From positions 2,666,001-2,730,000 of the forward strand of contig NW_027361819.1 in NCBI RefSeq assembly GCF_039654945.1: a stretch of 64,000 nt of DNA, read 5' to 3'. Below the pieces are notes generated by a model that was not told where the DNA came from, ran no database searches, and was given only the letters and a program-made list of their open reading frames with translations. A program made the translations under genes and the position numbers. This stretch comes from Dendrobates tinctorius (Eukaryota). Below, piece by piece: positions 23,501-36,300 of the stretch. Numbering within the stretch: position 1 is the first letter of the stretch; every line of letters starts with the position of its first letter.

Positions 23501-26500
23501 TATAACTACTATAATACTGCTCCTATATACAAGAATATAACTACTATAATACTGCCCCTATGTACAAGAATATAACTACTATAATACTGCCCCTATGTAC
23601 AAGAATATAACTACTATAATATTGCCCCTATGTACAAGAATATAACTACTATAATACTGCTCCTATATACAAGAATATAACTACTATAACACTGCCCCTA
23701 TGTACAAGAATATAACTACTATAATACTGCTCATATGAACAAGAATATAACTACTATAATACTGCCCCCTATGTACAAGAATATAACTACTATAATACTG
23801 CCCCTATGTACAAGAATATAACTACTATAATACTGCTCCTATGAACAAGAATATAACTACTATAATACTGCTCCTATGTACAAGAATATAACTACTATAA
23901 TACTGCCCCCTATGTACAAGAATATAACTACTATGATACTGCCCCCATGTACAAGTATATAACTACTATAATACTGCTCCTATGTACAAGAATATAACTA
24001 CTATAATACTGCACCCATGTACAAGAATATAACTACTATAATACTGCACCCATGTACAAGAATATAACTACTATAATACTGCCCCCTATGTACAAGTATA
24101 TAACTACTATGATACTGCCCCTATGTACAAGAATGTAACTACTATAATACTGCTTCTATGCACAAGAATATACCTACTATAATACTGCCCCTATGTACAA
24201 GAATGTAACTACTATAATACTGCCTCTATGTACAAGAATATAACTACTATAATACTGCCCCTATGTACAAGAATATAACTACTATAATACTGCCCCTATG
24301 TACAAGAATGTAACTAGTATAATACTGCCCCTATGTACAAGAATATAAATACTATAATACTGCCCCTATGTGCAAGAATATAACTAGTATAATACTGCCC
24401 CTATGTACAAGAATATAACTACTATAATACTGCCCCTATGTACAAGAATATAACTACTATAATACTGCCCCTATGTACAAGAATATAACTACTATAATAC
24501 TGCCCCTATGTACAAGAATGTAACTACTATAATACTGTTTCTATGTACAAGAATATAACTACTATAATACTGCCCCTATGTACAAGAATATAACTACTAT
24601 AATACTGCCCCCTATGTACAAGAATATAAGTACTATAATACTGCCCCTATGTACAAGAATATAACTACTATAATACTGCTCCTATGAACAAGAATATAAC
24701 TACTATAATACTGCCCCTATGTACAAGAATATAACTACTATAATACTGCACCCATGTACAAGAATATAACTACTATAATACTGCCCCCTATGTACAAGAA
24801 TATAACTACTATAATACTGCTCCTATGTGCAAGAATATAACTACTATAATACTGCACCCATGTACAAGAATATAACTACTATAATACTGCTACTATGTGC
24901 AAGAATATAACTGGTATAATAATGCCCCTATGTACAAGAATATAACTACTATAATACTGCTCCTATATACAAGAATATAACTACTATAATACTGCCCCTA
25001 TGTACAAGAATATAACTACTATAATACTGCCCCTATGTACAAGAATATAACTACTATAATATTGCCCCTATGTACAAGAATATAACTACTATAATACTGC
25101 TCCTATATACAAGAATATAACTACTATAACACTGCCCCTATGTACAAGAATATAACTACTATAATACTGCTCATATGAACAAGAATATAACTACTATAAT
25201 ACTGCCCCCTATGTACAAGAATATAACTACTATAATACTGCCCCTATGTACAAGAATATAACTACTATAATACTGCTCCTATGAACAAGAATATAACTAC
25301 TATAATACTGCTCCTATGTACAAGAATATAACTACTATAATACTGCCCCCTATGTACAAGAATATAACTACTATGATACTGCCCCCATGTACAAGTATAT
25401 AACTACTATAATACTGCTCCTATGTACAAGAATATAACTACTATAATACTGCACCCATGTACAAGAATATAACTACTATAATACTGCACCCATGTACAAG
25501 AATATAACTACTATAATACTGCCCCCTATGTACAAGTATATAACTACTATGATACTGCCCCTATGTACAAGAATGTAACTACTATAATACTGCTTCTATG
25601 CACAAGAATATACCTACTATAATACTGCCCCTATGTACAAGAATGTAACTACTATAATACTGCCTCTATGTACAAGAATATAACTACTATAATACTGCCC
25701 CTATGTACAAGAATATAACTACTATAATACTGCCCCTATGTACAAGAATGTAACTAGTATAATACTGCCCCTATGTACAAGAATATAAATACTATAATAC
25801 TGCCCCTATGTGCAAGAATATAACTAGTATAATACTGCCCCTATGTACAAGAATATAACTACTATAATACTGCCCCTATGTACAAGAATATAACTACTAT
25901 AATACTGCCCCTATGTACAAGAATATAACTACTATAATACTGCCCCTATGTACAAGAATGTAACTACTATAATACTGTTTCTATGTACAAGAATATAACT
26001 ACTATAATACTGCCCCTATGTACAAGAATATAACTACTATAATACTGCCCCCTATGTACAAGAATATAACTACTATAATACTGCCCCTATGTACAAGAAT
26101 ATAACTACTATAATACTGCCCCTATGTACAAGAATGTAACTACTATAATACTGCCCCTATGTACAAGAATGTAACTACTATAATACTGCCCCTATGTACA
26201 AGAATATAACTACTATAATACTGCCCCCTATGTACAAGAATATAACTACTATAATACTGCCCCTATGTACAAGAATATAACTACTATAATACTGCCCCTA
26301 TGTACAAGAATGTAACTACTATAATACTGTTTCTATGTACAAGAATATAACTACTATAATACTGCCCCTATGTACAAGAATATAACTACTATAATACTGC
26401 CCCCTATGTACAAGAATATAACTACTATAATACTGCCCCTATGTACAAGAATATAACTACTATAATACTGCTCCTATGTACAAGAATATAACTACTATAA

Positions 26501-29160
26501 TACTGCCCCTATGTACAAGAATATAACTACTATAATACTGCCCCTATGTACAAGAATATAACTACTATAATACTGCCCCTATGTACAAGAATGTAACTAC
26601 TATAATACTGTTTCTATGTACAAGAATATAACTACTACAATACTGCCCCTATGTACAAGAATATAACTACTATAATACTGCTCCTATATAGAAGAATATA
26701 ACTACTATAATACTGCTCCTATATACAATATAAGTACTATAAAACTGCCCCTATGTACAAGAATATAACTACTATAATACTGTCCCCTATGTACAAGAAT
26801 ATAACTACTATAATACTGCCCCTATGTACAAGAATATAACTACTATAATACTGCCCTCTATGTACAAGAATATAACTACTATAATACTGCCCCTATGTAC
26901 AAGAATATAACTACTATAATACTGCTCCTATATACAAGAATATAACTACTATAATACTGCTCCTATATACAATATAACTACTATAAAACTGCCCCTATGT
27001 ACAAGAATATAACTACTATAATACTGTCCCCTATGTACAAGAATATAACTACTATAATACTGCCCCTATGTACAAGAATATAACTACTATAATACTGCCC
27101 TCTATGTACAAGAATATAACTACTATAATACTGTCCCTATGTACAAGAATATAACTACTATAATACTGCCGCTATGTATAAGAATATAACTACTATAATA
27201 CTGCCTCCTATGTACAAGAATATAACTACTATAATACTGCCCCCTATGTACAAGAATATAACTACTATAATACTGCCGCTATGTATAAGAATATAACTAC
27301 TATAATACTGCCTCCTATGTACAAGAATATAACTACTATAATACTGCCCCTATGTACAAGAATATAACTACTATAATACTGCCCCTATTTACAAGAATAT
27401 AACTACTATAATACTGCTCCTATGTACAAGAATGACTACTATAATACTACCCCTATGTACAGGAATATAACTACTATAATACTGCTCCTATGTACAAGAA
27501 TATAACTACTATAATACTGCCCCCTATGTACAAGAATATAACTACTATAATACTGCCCCCTATGTACAAGAATATAACTACTATAATACTGCCGCTATGT
27601 ATAAGAATATAACTACTATAATACTGCCTCCTATGTACAAGAATATAACTACTATAATACTGCTCCTATGTACAAGAATATAACTACTATAATACTGCCC
27701 CCTATGTACAAGAATATAACTACTATAATACTGCCGCTATGTATAAGAAAATAACTACTATAATACTGCCTCCTATGTACAAGAATATAACTACTATAAT
27801 ACTGCTCCTATGTACAAGAATATAACTATTATAATACTGCTATGTACAAGAATATAACTACTATAATACTGCTCCTATGTACAAGAATGACTACTATAAT
27901 ACTGCCTTTATGTACAGGAATATAACTACTATAATACTGCTCCTATGTACAAGAATATAACTACTATAATACTGCTCCTATGTACAAGAATATAACTACT
28001 ATAATACTGTCCCTATGTACAAGAATAGAACTACTATAATACTGCCGCTATGTATAAGAATATAACTACTATAATACTGCCTCCTATGTACAAGAATATA
28101 ACTACTATAATACTGCCCCCTATGTACAAGAATATAACTACTATAATACTGCCGCTATGTATAAGAATATAACTACTATAATACTGCCTCCTATGTACAA
28201 GAATATAACTACTATAATACTGCCCCTATGTACAAGAATATAACTATAATACTGCCCCTATGTAAAAGAATATAACTACTATAATACTGCTCCTATGTAC
28301 AAGAATGACTACTATAATACTACCCCTATGTACAGGAATATAACTACTATAATACTGCTCCTATGTACAAGAATATAACTACTATAATACTGCCCCTATG
28401 TACAGGAATATAACTACTATAATACTGCACCTATGTACAAGAATATAACTACTATAATACTGTCCCTATGTACAAGAATATAACTACTATAATACTGCCC
28501 CCTATGTACAAGAATATAACTACTATAATACTGCCCCCTATGTACAAGAATATAACTACTATAATACTGCCCCATGTACAAGAATATAACTACTATAATA
28601 CTGTCCTTATGTACAAGAATATAACTACTATAATACTGCCCCTATGTACAAGAATATAACTACTATAATACTGCTCCTATGTACAAGAATATAACTACTA
28701 TAATACTGCCCCTATGTACAAGAATATAACTACTATAATACTGCCCCCTATGTACAAGAATATAACTACTATAATACTGCCGCTATGTATAAGAATATAA
28801 CTACTATAATACTGCCTCCTATGTACAAGAATATAACTACTATAATACTGCTCCTATGTACAAGAATATAACTACTATAATACTGCCCCTTATGTACAAG
28901 AATATAACTACTATAATACTGCCGCTATGTATAAGAAAATAACTACTATAATACTGCCTCCTATGTACAAGAATATAACTACTATAATACTGCCTCCTAT
29001 GTACAAGAATATAACTACTATAATACTGCCCCCTATGTACAAGAATATAACTACTATAATACTGCCTCCTATGTACATGAATATAACTACTATAATACTG
29101 CTCCTATGTACAAGAATATGACTACTATAATACTGCTCCTATGTACAATAATATGACTGC
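20539..29160. repeat. 35/36-bp AT-rich minisatellite array (~7.5 kb excluding the hAT insertion)
   Basis: Unit TATGTACAAGAATATAACTACTATAATACTGCCCC with variants. Confidence 0.98.
21796..22910. mobile_element. Non-autonomous hAT element inserted in the minisatellite
   Basis: TIR CAGTGGCGGAT / ATCCGCCACTG with a perfect 8-bp TSD ACTATAAT. Confidence 0.93.
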
Positions 29161-29848
29161 CATAATAATATTGCCCCTATATTTTGACTATAATAAAAAA
29201 TTAAAAAAGAAAATCAGATAAATGGTACCTGTGGTTTAAACAAAATTTGTATATATCAATGGTGAAACTATGCAATATATCTCATCGGAGAACAATCTGA
29301 TTCTTTCTGCAGCTAATTGCCACTTTATACCAACTATCCTGCCTCCTTAACCATTGACTATGCAAAAAAAAAAAAAAACTGCTTGATCAAAGCACCAGCT
29401 CACTGAGGTGTCAGGTTACAGCTCTCATTATGAGAGTATAGGGGTGAGGGTGGGGAAAGGAGACAGGAGAGTGATTCATAAGCAGGGACGCACATACTCA
29501 GATGCAGCAGCATTCTGGATAATTATGTAGTTTCTCCAAGAACCGGATTCACAGGTACTCAGCTTGGACGTGATGTATAATCTCCAAACTGCTGGTGCTT
29601 CTATCTTTCTGCTGTACAAGGAAAGAAGAGCAGGAATCCTTCATTTCTGTTTGCGGTATATGGGAGACATTATAGCAGATGGTCGTCACTCGCTAGGTCA
29701 GACACAACTGAAAATAAGAAACATGGCCCGCAGAGGGGGAAAACGGTGAAAATTGCATGATACAAGGCATATAGTGGCCAGAAATTTTATAATTCCTCCT
29801 GTAGAAATGCAACTGCCTATTCTATAATAATAATAATCTTTATAAATA

Positions 29849-30610
29849 TGTCACAAACTCACCCGCTGACACGGACGGAGGGAAGCGGCGCACTGCCGGC
29901 ACACGGCTATCACAGGCACAGTGGGGGCTTATCTTAGTTATCCCACCACTGGTACCATGTGACAAAAAACAGCAAGCTAGTCTTGCCCTAACAATTTATC
30001 GCAGGGGGGTATTTTGGATGTCCCACCACTGCTAACAATCTTCCACACGCTGCGGGGATTTATGTATATCCCACTTTTCAGTTCGACTTTGGAACTCGCA
30101 GCTCTCCGGCACCCCCCCCTTATCCTCAGGTCAGTCAGGGAACTACACCTAGGATAGTAGCCGGACGGGCTGCTTGTTGTGCACGGGTGATTAGGCCGCT
30201 GCAGTGAGGGAATTATCAATGCTTTGGCCGCAGCCATGCAATCAGCATATAAAACCCTTCCGTCACTGCCAGCTAGCCCAACCAACCAAGACACACCACG
30301 CCGCCACCAGCTACAGATTTCTCTGCTTAACTTATAAACTTAATAGAGGGGTTCGAAGCCAACCCAATCAGTAGCGTAATTATCTTAAAGGCACGTGTTC
30401 GTTTTTAGAGCATGAAGACAGACTAATAAGTTTTATAATTTATTCCCAAAAAGGTGGGCAGTGATTTCACAGATAAACGATGTTACAAAGTTGAGAAATT
30501 AGATATGTACAATGCAAATATAAAATAAAAGGGATGAAGATAGAGGTTAACACTTCCAGTTGCTTAGATGGTCCTAGGCTAACCATGTGGGGAGAAGGCG
30601 CCTTTTCTAT
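29849..30610. mobile_element. Probable truncated LTR fragment
   Basis: Starts TGTCACAA and has LTR-like composition. No matching end or TSD found. Confidence 0.35.
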
Positions 30611-30821
30611 CCTAAAAAGTTACCTGAAATGATAGGTATACTCTAATACCTTTTAGGAGGACATTAGTTATTTTTAATTTTTCTGCCAAAAGTTCCCTTA
30701 ATATAAAGTTTTCTTTTATTTTTTAGGGTCTCAGCTTTTAGATTCTCTCCCTTCTCCTCGGGTGATTAAAACCCATCTACCAGTATCCCTCTTTCCTAAG
30801 TCATTGTGGGAAAATAACTAA

Positions 30822-31049
<228 letters not shown>

Positions 31050-31968
31050 TAGTGGAATAGTCGCTCATTCTTTATGTACTGGTCACTGACATAGAGTTTT
31101 CCTGTTTGTCCTAGTGGGATCTGGCCAATGGGGTGCGCATGTCAAAGAGTTTTGGTCCCTAAAACAAGAAAGAAACATCCTTTATATTCTCTATGAAGAT
31201 ATGTTGGAGGTAAGACTTCTCTACTTAGTACTTCTAGAAGGCCACAAGTAGGAATGAATAGTGTTTACTACTCTCACTTCATCATCTTGGTGCACTGGGT
31301 TTCTACAAGAGGAATCTTTAAGGGAATGTAATGTAAAAAATATATATATTTATTAAATGTGAAACTTTATCATTTATGTTTATTTAGTTTTTAAATTGCA
31401 GAAAATCTAAAACATTAAATGAAAATTGTTGATATTTTCCTCTATTATACACTAGAGGGAGCAGCTGATCACATTTTTTTCTCGCCTCGCTCTGCAATTC
31501 CCAAAAGGAGGGGAGAGGATATGGTTTGGAATCACTGTACAGTCTAATTTTGCTGATGACGATACTGTGATACGTATGTGCGGCCAGGACGTCTCCTACG
31601 TTGTCGGTGCATGTGTCACTGCCCACCAGAGCTTGTGAGCATCACGGTAGTCAGAAGCGACTGGCTAGCGTTGAAGGACCGTTACCTGGAACGGTGTCTC
31701 CCTGTGATTGAGTTCAAGGTTACTCACAATCTCCAGCTAGCAGTGCCCCTGTTTACCACCATACTGACCAAGACCTGTATAGGTTGGAGCTATGAAAATG
31801 ACATGTCCTGGTCAGGGGAGCCTGACAAACCAAGCTAGGTTCCAATACATTCGGGAAACATACATGATGATTGCCATTTTCCCTTGTTTCCAGCACTGTG
31901 CCGGTCCTCTTCTCACTCACTTGACGGAAATTCCAACTCTCTGGGATCACACTGTGCTCTGTGTGAAC

Positions 31969-32064
31969 CAGGGCTGTGGAGTCGGAACCCATTTTGGTGG
32001 AGTCGGAGCCATGGAAATTGAGGAGTTGGAGTAGGAGGTTTGGCTTACCGACTCCACAGCCCTG
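31969..32064. mobile_element. Tiny hAT-like MITE
   Basis: TIR CAGGGCTGTGGAGTCGG / CCGACTCCACAGCCCTG with imperfect 8-bp flanks GTGTGAAC / GTGTGGAG. Confidence 0.75.
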
Positions 32065-32154
32065 GTGTGGAGCGTAATTCACTTTTACAGCGACTCCATA
32101 GGTTTACATTGTTAAAGCGACTTCCGGCTGACAGTGTCACCTGGCGACAATTAA

Positions 32155-32560
32155 AGGGGATATCCGGGACTTTCTGAAAAACAAAAAATGTGCATAAGTA
32201 CTAACAGGCAGGTAGGTGCTACTGGCCAACCTGTTGTGCACGGCGCTGTTCTTTCCTCGCACAGATCCTGCCAGGGATTCAGCTGCCTCTGCTGACGTCA
32301 CTATGATTGACAGCCGGGTTCCGACTGCCTGTCAATTAGAATGAGGAAGTACCGTCCAATCGACAGAGCAGAGGAGAAGCAGCAGCCACTGTCGATGTAA
32401 CGCCAACAGAAGCAACTGAAACCCCGGCAGGAGCGGTCTGTGACCTCTCTGTGCCGGGGAAGAACGGCACCGTGCACTACAGGCAGGTAGTTAGCATCTA
32501 CCTGCCCGTTAGCACTTAGGAACATTTTTTGTTTTTTTCAGAAAGTCCCGGATATACCAT
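32155..32560. mobile_element. T2/Kolobok-type MITE
   Basis: TTAA flanks and long TIRs AGGGGATATCCGGGACTTTCTGAAAA / TTTTCAGAAAGTCCCGGATATACCAT. Confidence 0.85.
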
Positions 32561-33305
32561 TTAAGTGAGAAGAGGACCAGAGCGGAGCTGGAAACTGGGG
32601 AAGATGGCGATCAGTAAGTATATACTTATACTACATTTGATACACTTTTCATCAGGATTAGGGAATAAAAACTTTCATGGGAGCGCTTCTTTCCTATACA
32701 CTTAAATATTTGTTCATCTCTTTTTTTAAACAGAACCCAAAACGGGAGATCCGGAAAGTAATGAAGTTTCTGGGAAAAGACCTCTCGGATGATGACCTGG
32801 AGAGGATTTGTCTACACACTTCTTTTAAGGCTATGAAAGAGAACCCAACAACAAACTACACCACTATCCCCTCTTCCATCTTGGACCAGTCGGCCTCTCC
32901 ATTTATGAGGAAAGGTACAACACTGCCACCTGGTGGCTGCAAGAACAACTGTGTTTTCAGTCACTGCAGTAGTGATTATATTAGATGAATTTACTTATTT
33001 TTCGCACTTATATAGCGCCATTAATTCCACAGTGCATTACAGATATCATCATGTATAAACTATATTATGAAGTAGAATTTCATAGACAGCAGGGCTGGAC
33101 ATAACATTTTTAGCAGTCAGTTTTCGGAAACAATTTAGTCAGTGGAGTGGTAATGTTAACCTTTATAATCATGGACAGAAACCCAAATCGCCTTAAAGTC
33201 TAGGCCAGTTGCCAGTTTCTTCAGCGCAATGGCTAGTAAGCATTCTTACTCTGTGGAGATATATATCACACTTACAGGACTATGTATCAATGCTAAAGTA
33301 CAATT

Positions 33306-36300
33306 TGTGAGAATCATGTGGGAATAGTGGATGAGGGCAGGTATATCTCGCCCAGATTCCTTTCCTATGTGGCCTAGTCTGGTCAGTATCTCACCTGCTT
33401 GCTAATGAATAATGGGAGGTGGATATAAAAGGATGCCCGGTGGTTGTGTGAGTGTCTCAGCCTGGGAACACAGAGAGCCTGTCTGTGTGAGAAACACATG
33501 TGAGTGGAAGCAGTGCCCACTGCAACTGTGGTTTGGCTGGACGGGAGAAGCCCGCCAGTTGGTAGTTAGGTTGTCCATTGTTTAGTTAGTGCCGGACAGG
33601 CAAGGATTTGTTTTATGTTTTATTTCCTTTTGCATTGCTTTCACCGTTAATAAACCTGACCCAGGGTCAGTTACACCCGAATCCCAGCTCTGCGCGTGAG
33701 TTTCATACTGAATGCACGTGACCTTTGACCCCAGCAAAGGCGATCCCGGAGTGTTTTATCACATTGTGGTGGAGAACGCGGGCATCACGTTGCAAGCATG
33801 AGCATGGAGGACGTGGTGAAAGCGCTGGTACAGTCCACCGCCGTCCAGCAAGAAGCTAATCGGGTGATGATGGCCCAGCTGAAGGAGTTGGTGGACATGG
33901 CAGTTACCGATCGTTCGCTTCTCCAGCAGGTGGCGCAGCGCTTGGCAAGCTTACCTGAGCTTAACCTGGAAGCCGAGTCGAGAGTGATTCACGTGAGTCG
34001 GTACTGGCAGAAGATGACGACCGAAGATGACGTCGAGGCATACCTGACCACGTTTGAACGGACGGCGGTGAGAGAAAAATGGCCGAAGGCAAGATGGGCC
34101 GGCCTGATTGCCCCGTTTCTTTCCGGTGAGGCCCAAAAGGCTTATTATGACTTAGAGCCTGAAGCCGCGCAGGACTTTGACAAACTGAAAGCCGAGATCT
34201 TGGCCCGGCTGGGAGTGACGACCGCTGTCCGTGCACAGAGAGTGCATCAATGGACTTATCAACCAGATAAACCACCGCGGTCCCAGATGTTCGACCTGAT
34301 CCACGTAACAAAGAAGTGGCTACAACCCGAGGTGTTGACAGCGCCAGAGATAATCCAGAGAGTCGTCACGGACAAGTACCTGAGAGCTCTACCGCCAGCC
34401 CTGAGGAAGTGGGTAAGCCATGGAAATCCTACGACGGCAGATCAACTGGTGGATCTGGTTGAACGTTACTCCGTGGCGGAAGGACTCCGAGACGACGCTA
34501 CCCCACCTCGTTCTTCATCATCTCCACGTGGAACCGGTAAGACTGTTCCAGGGAGTAGGGGAGATGGAAAAATCCCTAAGACAGTGGGGGAGGAAAACGG
34601 GACTGCCCGCACTGCGAGGCCGAGAGTAACGAACTATGGTCTAAGCAAGGGGCCCGTTAGGTGTTTCCGCTGCCAAGAGATGGGACATATTGCTGCGAAC
34701 TGTCCGCTCACTACTGAACCCATGCAGTGCGACGTCACAGACTCTAAAAACCGCATGTCTATGGTTGCACGGGTAGTGAGTGTGAATGCCGGTCAAAAGG
34801 ATGCGGAAAAACACTTGTGTGATTTAACTGTTGATGGCAAAAAGGTGGTGGCATTGTTAGACTCGGGAAGTGTGGTGACTCTGGTGAAGGCCAGTCTGGT
34901 GTCAGCCCCGACTGGACCATCAGACAAATTTTCTGTAACGTGTGTGCATGGATACACCTGTTCGTACCTCACCACGGTCATATGCATTACTACTTCCTAT
35001 GGGTCTGTGCAACATAAAGTGGGACTCGTCCCGGCGTTGTTGCATGATGTTATCCTGGGCCGGGATTTTCCCCACTTCTGGCAATTGTGGGAGAATCAGT
35101 TGATGCCCTCGGGTAATAGTGTACATGATTCTTCTCCCAGGGAGCGTGTGGGTCCCGAACCCCTGGAAGAGGTCTCCCCGGAAGACTCGGGGGAAGAGTC
35201 TGCGGGAAATGACCTGCAGTTCCCGTTTTCAGTCATGGCGGGTGATAATGAGGAGACCGGGGAAGAGGAGGAGGCTGACAGCCGTCCACCTCCCCGTTTG
35301 CCGGATTTAGAAGTTCAGAAAGATGACTTCCAAAGCGAGCAAATAAAGGATCCTACCCTTTCTCAGGCTAGGACAAATGTGAAAGTGATAAATGGGGTAC
35401 CCGTAGAACCTGGCTCTAGGCTGGCATATCCTTACATGGTTCTGGAGAATGATTTACTCTATCAGATAGAGAAAAAGGGGGAAGATACGGTGCAACTATT
35501 AGTCGTGCCAAAACCCTACCGGCGGCAGGTGCTGGACCTGGCCCACGGACATGTGATGGGAAGTCACCTGGGAGTCCAGAAAACCACCGAAAGGATATTA
35601 CACTGTTTTGTTTGGCCAGGCATGCATCACGATATTCGAGTATATTGTGAGTCTTGTCCTGACTGCCAAGCCTCTGCACCTAAGCCCCGGTTCTGTAGCC
35701 CTTTTGTACCCCTACCTATTATTGAAGTCCCGTTTGAGAGGATTGGGATGGATTTAGTTGGGCCCCTTCCACGGTCTGCACGTGGACACCAACATATCCT
35801 GGTCATCTTGGATTATGCCACTCGTTACCCGGAGGCCATCCCTTTGCGTAACACGGCCAACAAGATTGCCAAGGAGCTGGTGCATGTGTTTAGTCGGGTC
35901 GGTATACCAAAACAGATACTCACCGACCAGGGGACCCCCTTTATGTCCAGGATAATGAAGGAGCTCTGCCGATTGTTACAAATCGAACCGTTACGCACAT
36001 CCGTGTATCACCCTCAAACAGACGGGTTGGTTGAACGGTTCAATAAAACTCTGAAGCAGATGCTGAGAAAGGTGATAGACAAGGATGGGAAGAACTGGGA
36101 CTATTTACTTCCGTATTTGCTTTTTGCCTTCAGGGAAGTACCCCAGTCTTCCACGGGATTCTCGCCTTTCGAGTTATTGTACGCCCGACGTCCTCGCGGA
36201 CTGTTAGACGTTGCAAAAGAAACCTGGGAGGGTCAGGTCACTCCATTTAAAACAGTGATAGATCACGTCACACAAATGCAGGACCGTATTGCGGCTGTTA

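Noticed and set aside
20539-29160. CRISPR-like regular array and [12 protein letters not shown] ORFs (also 59149-60076)
   Set aside because: Head-to-tail repeats with no unique spacers and no cas genes, in eukaryotic context. The ORFs arise from runs of 36-bp variants.
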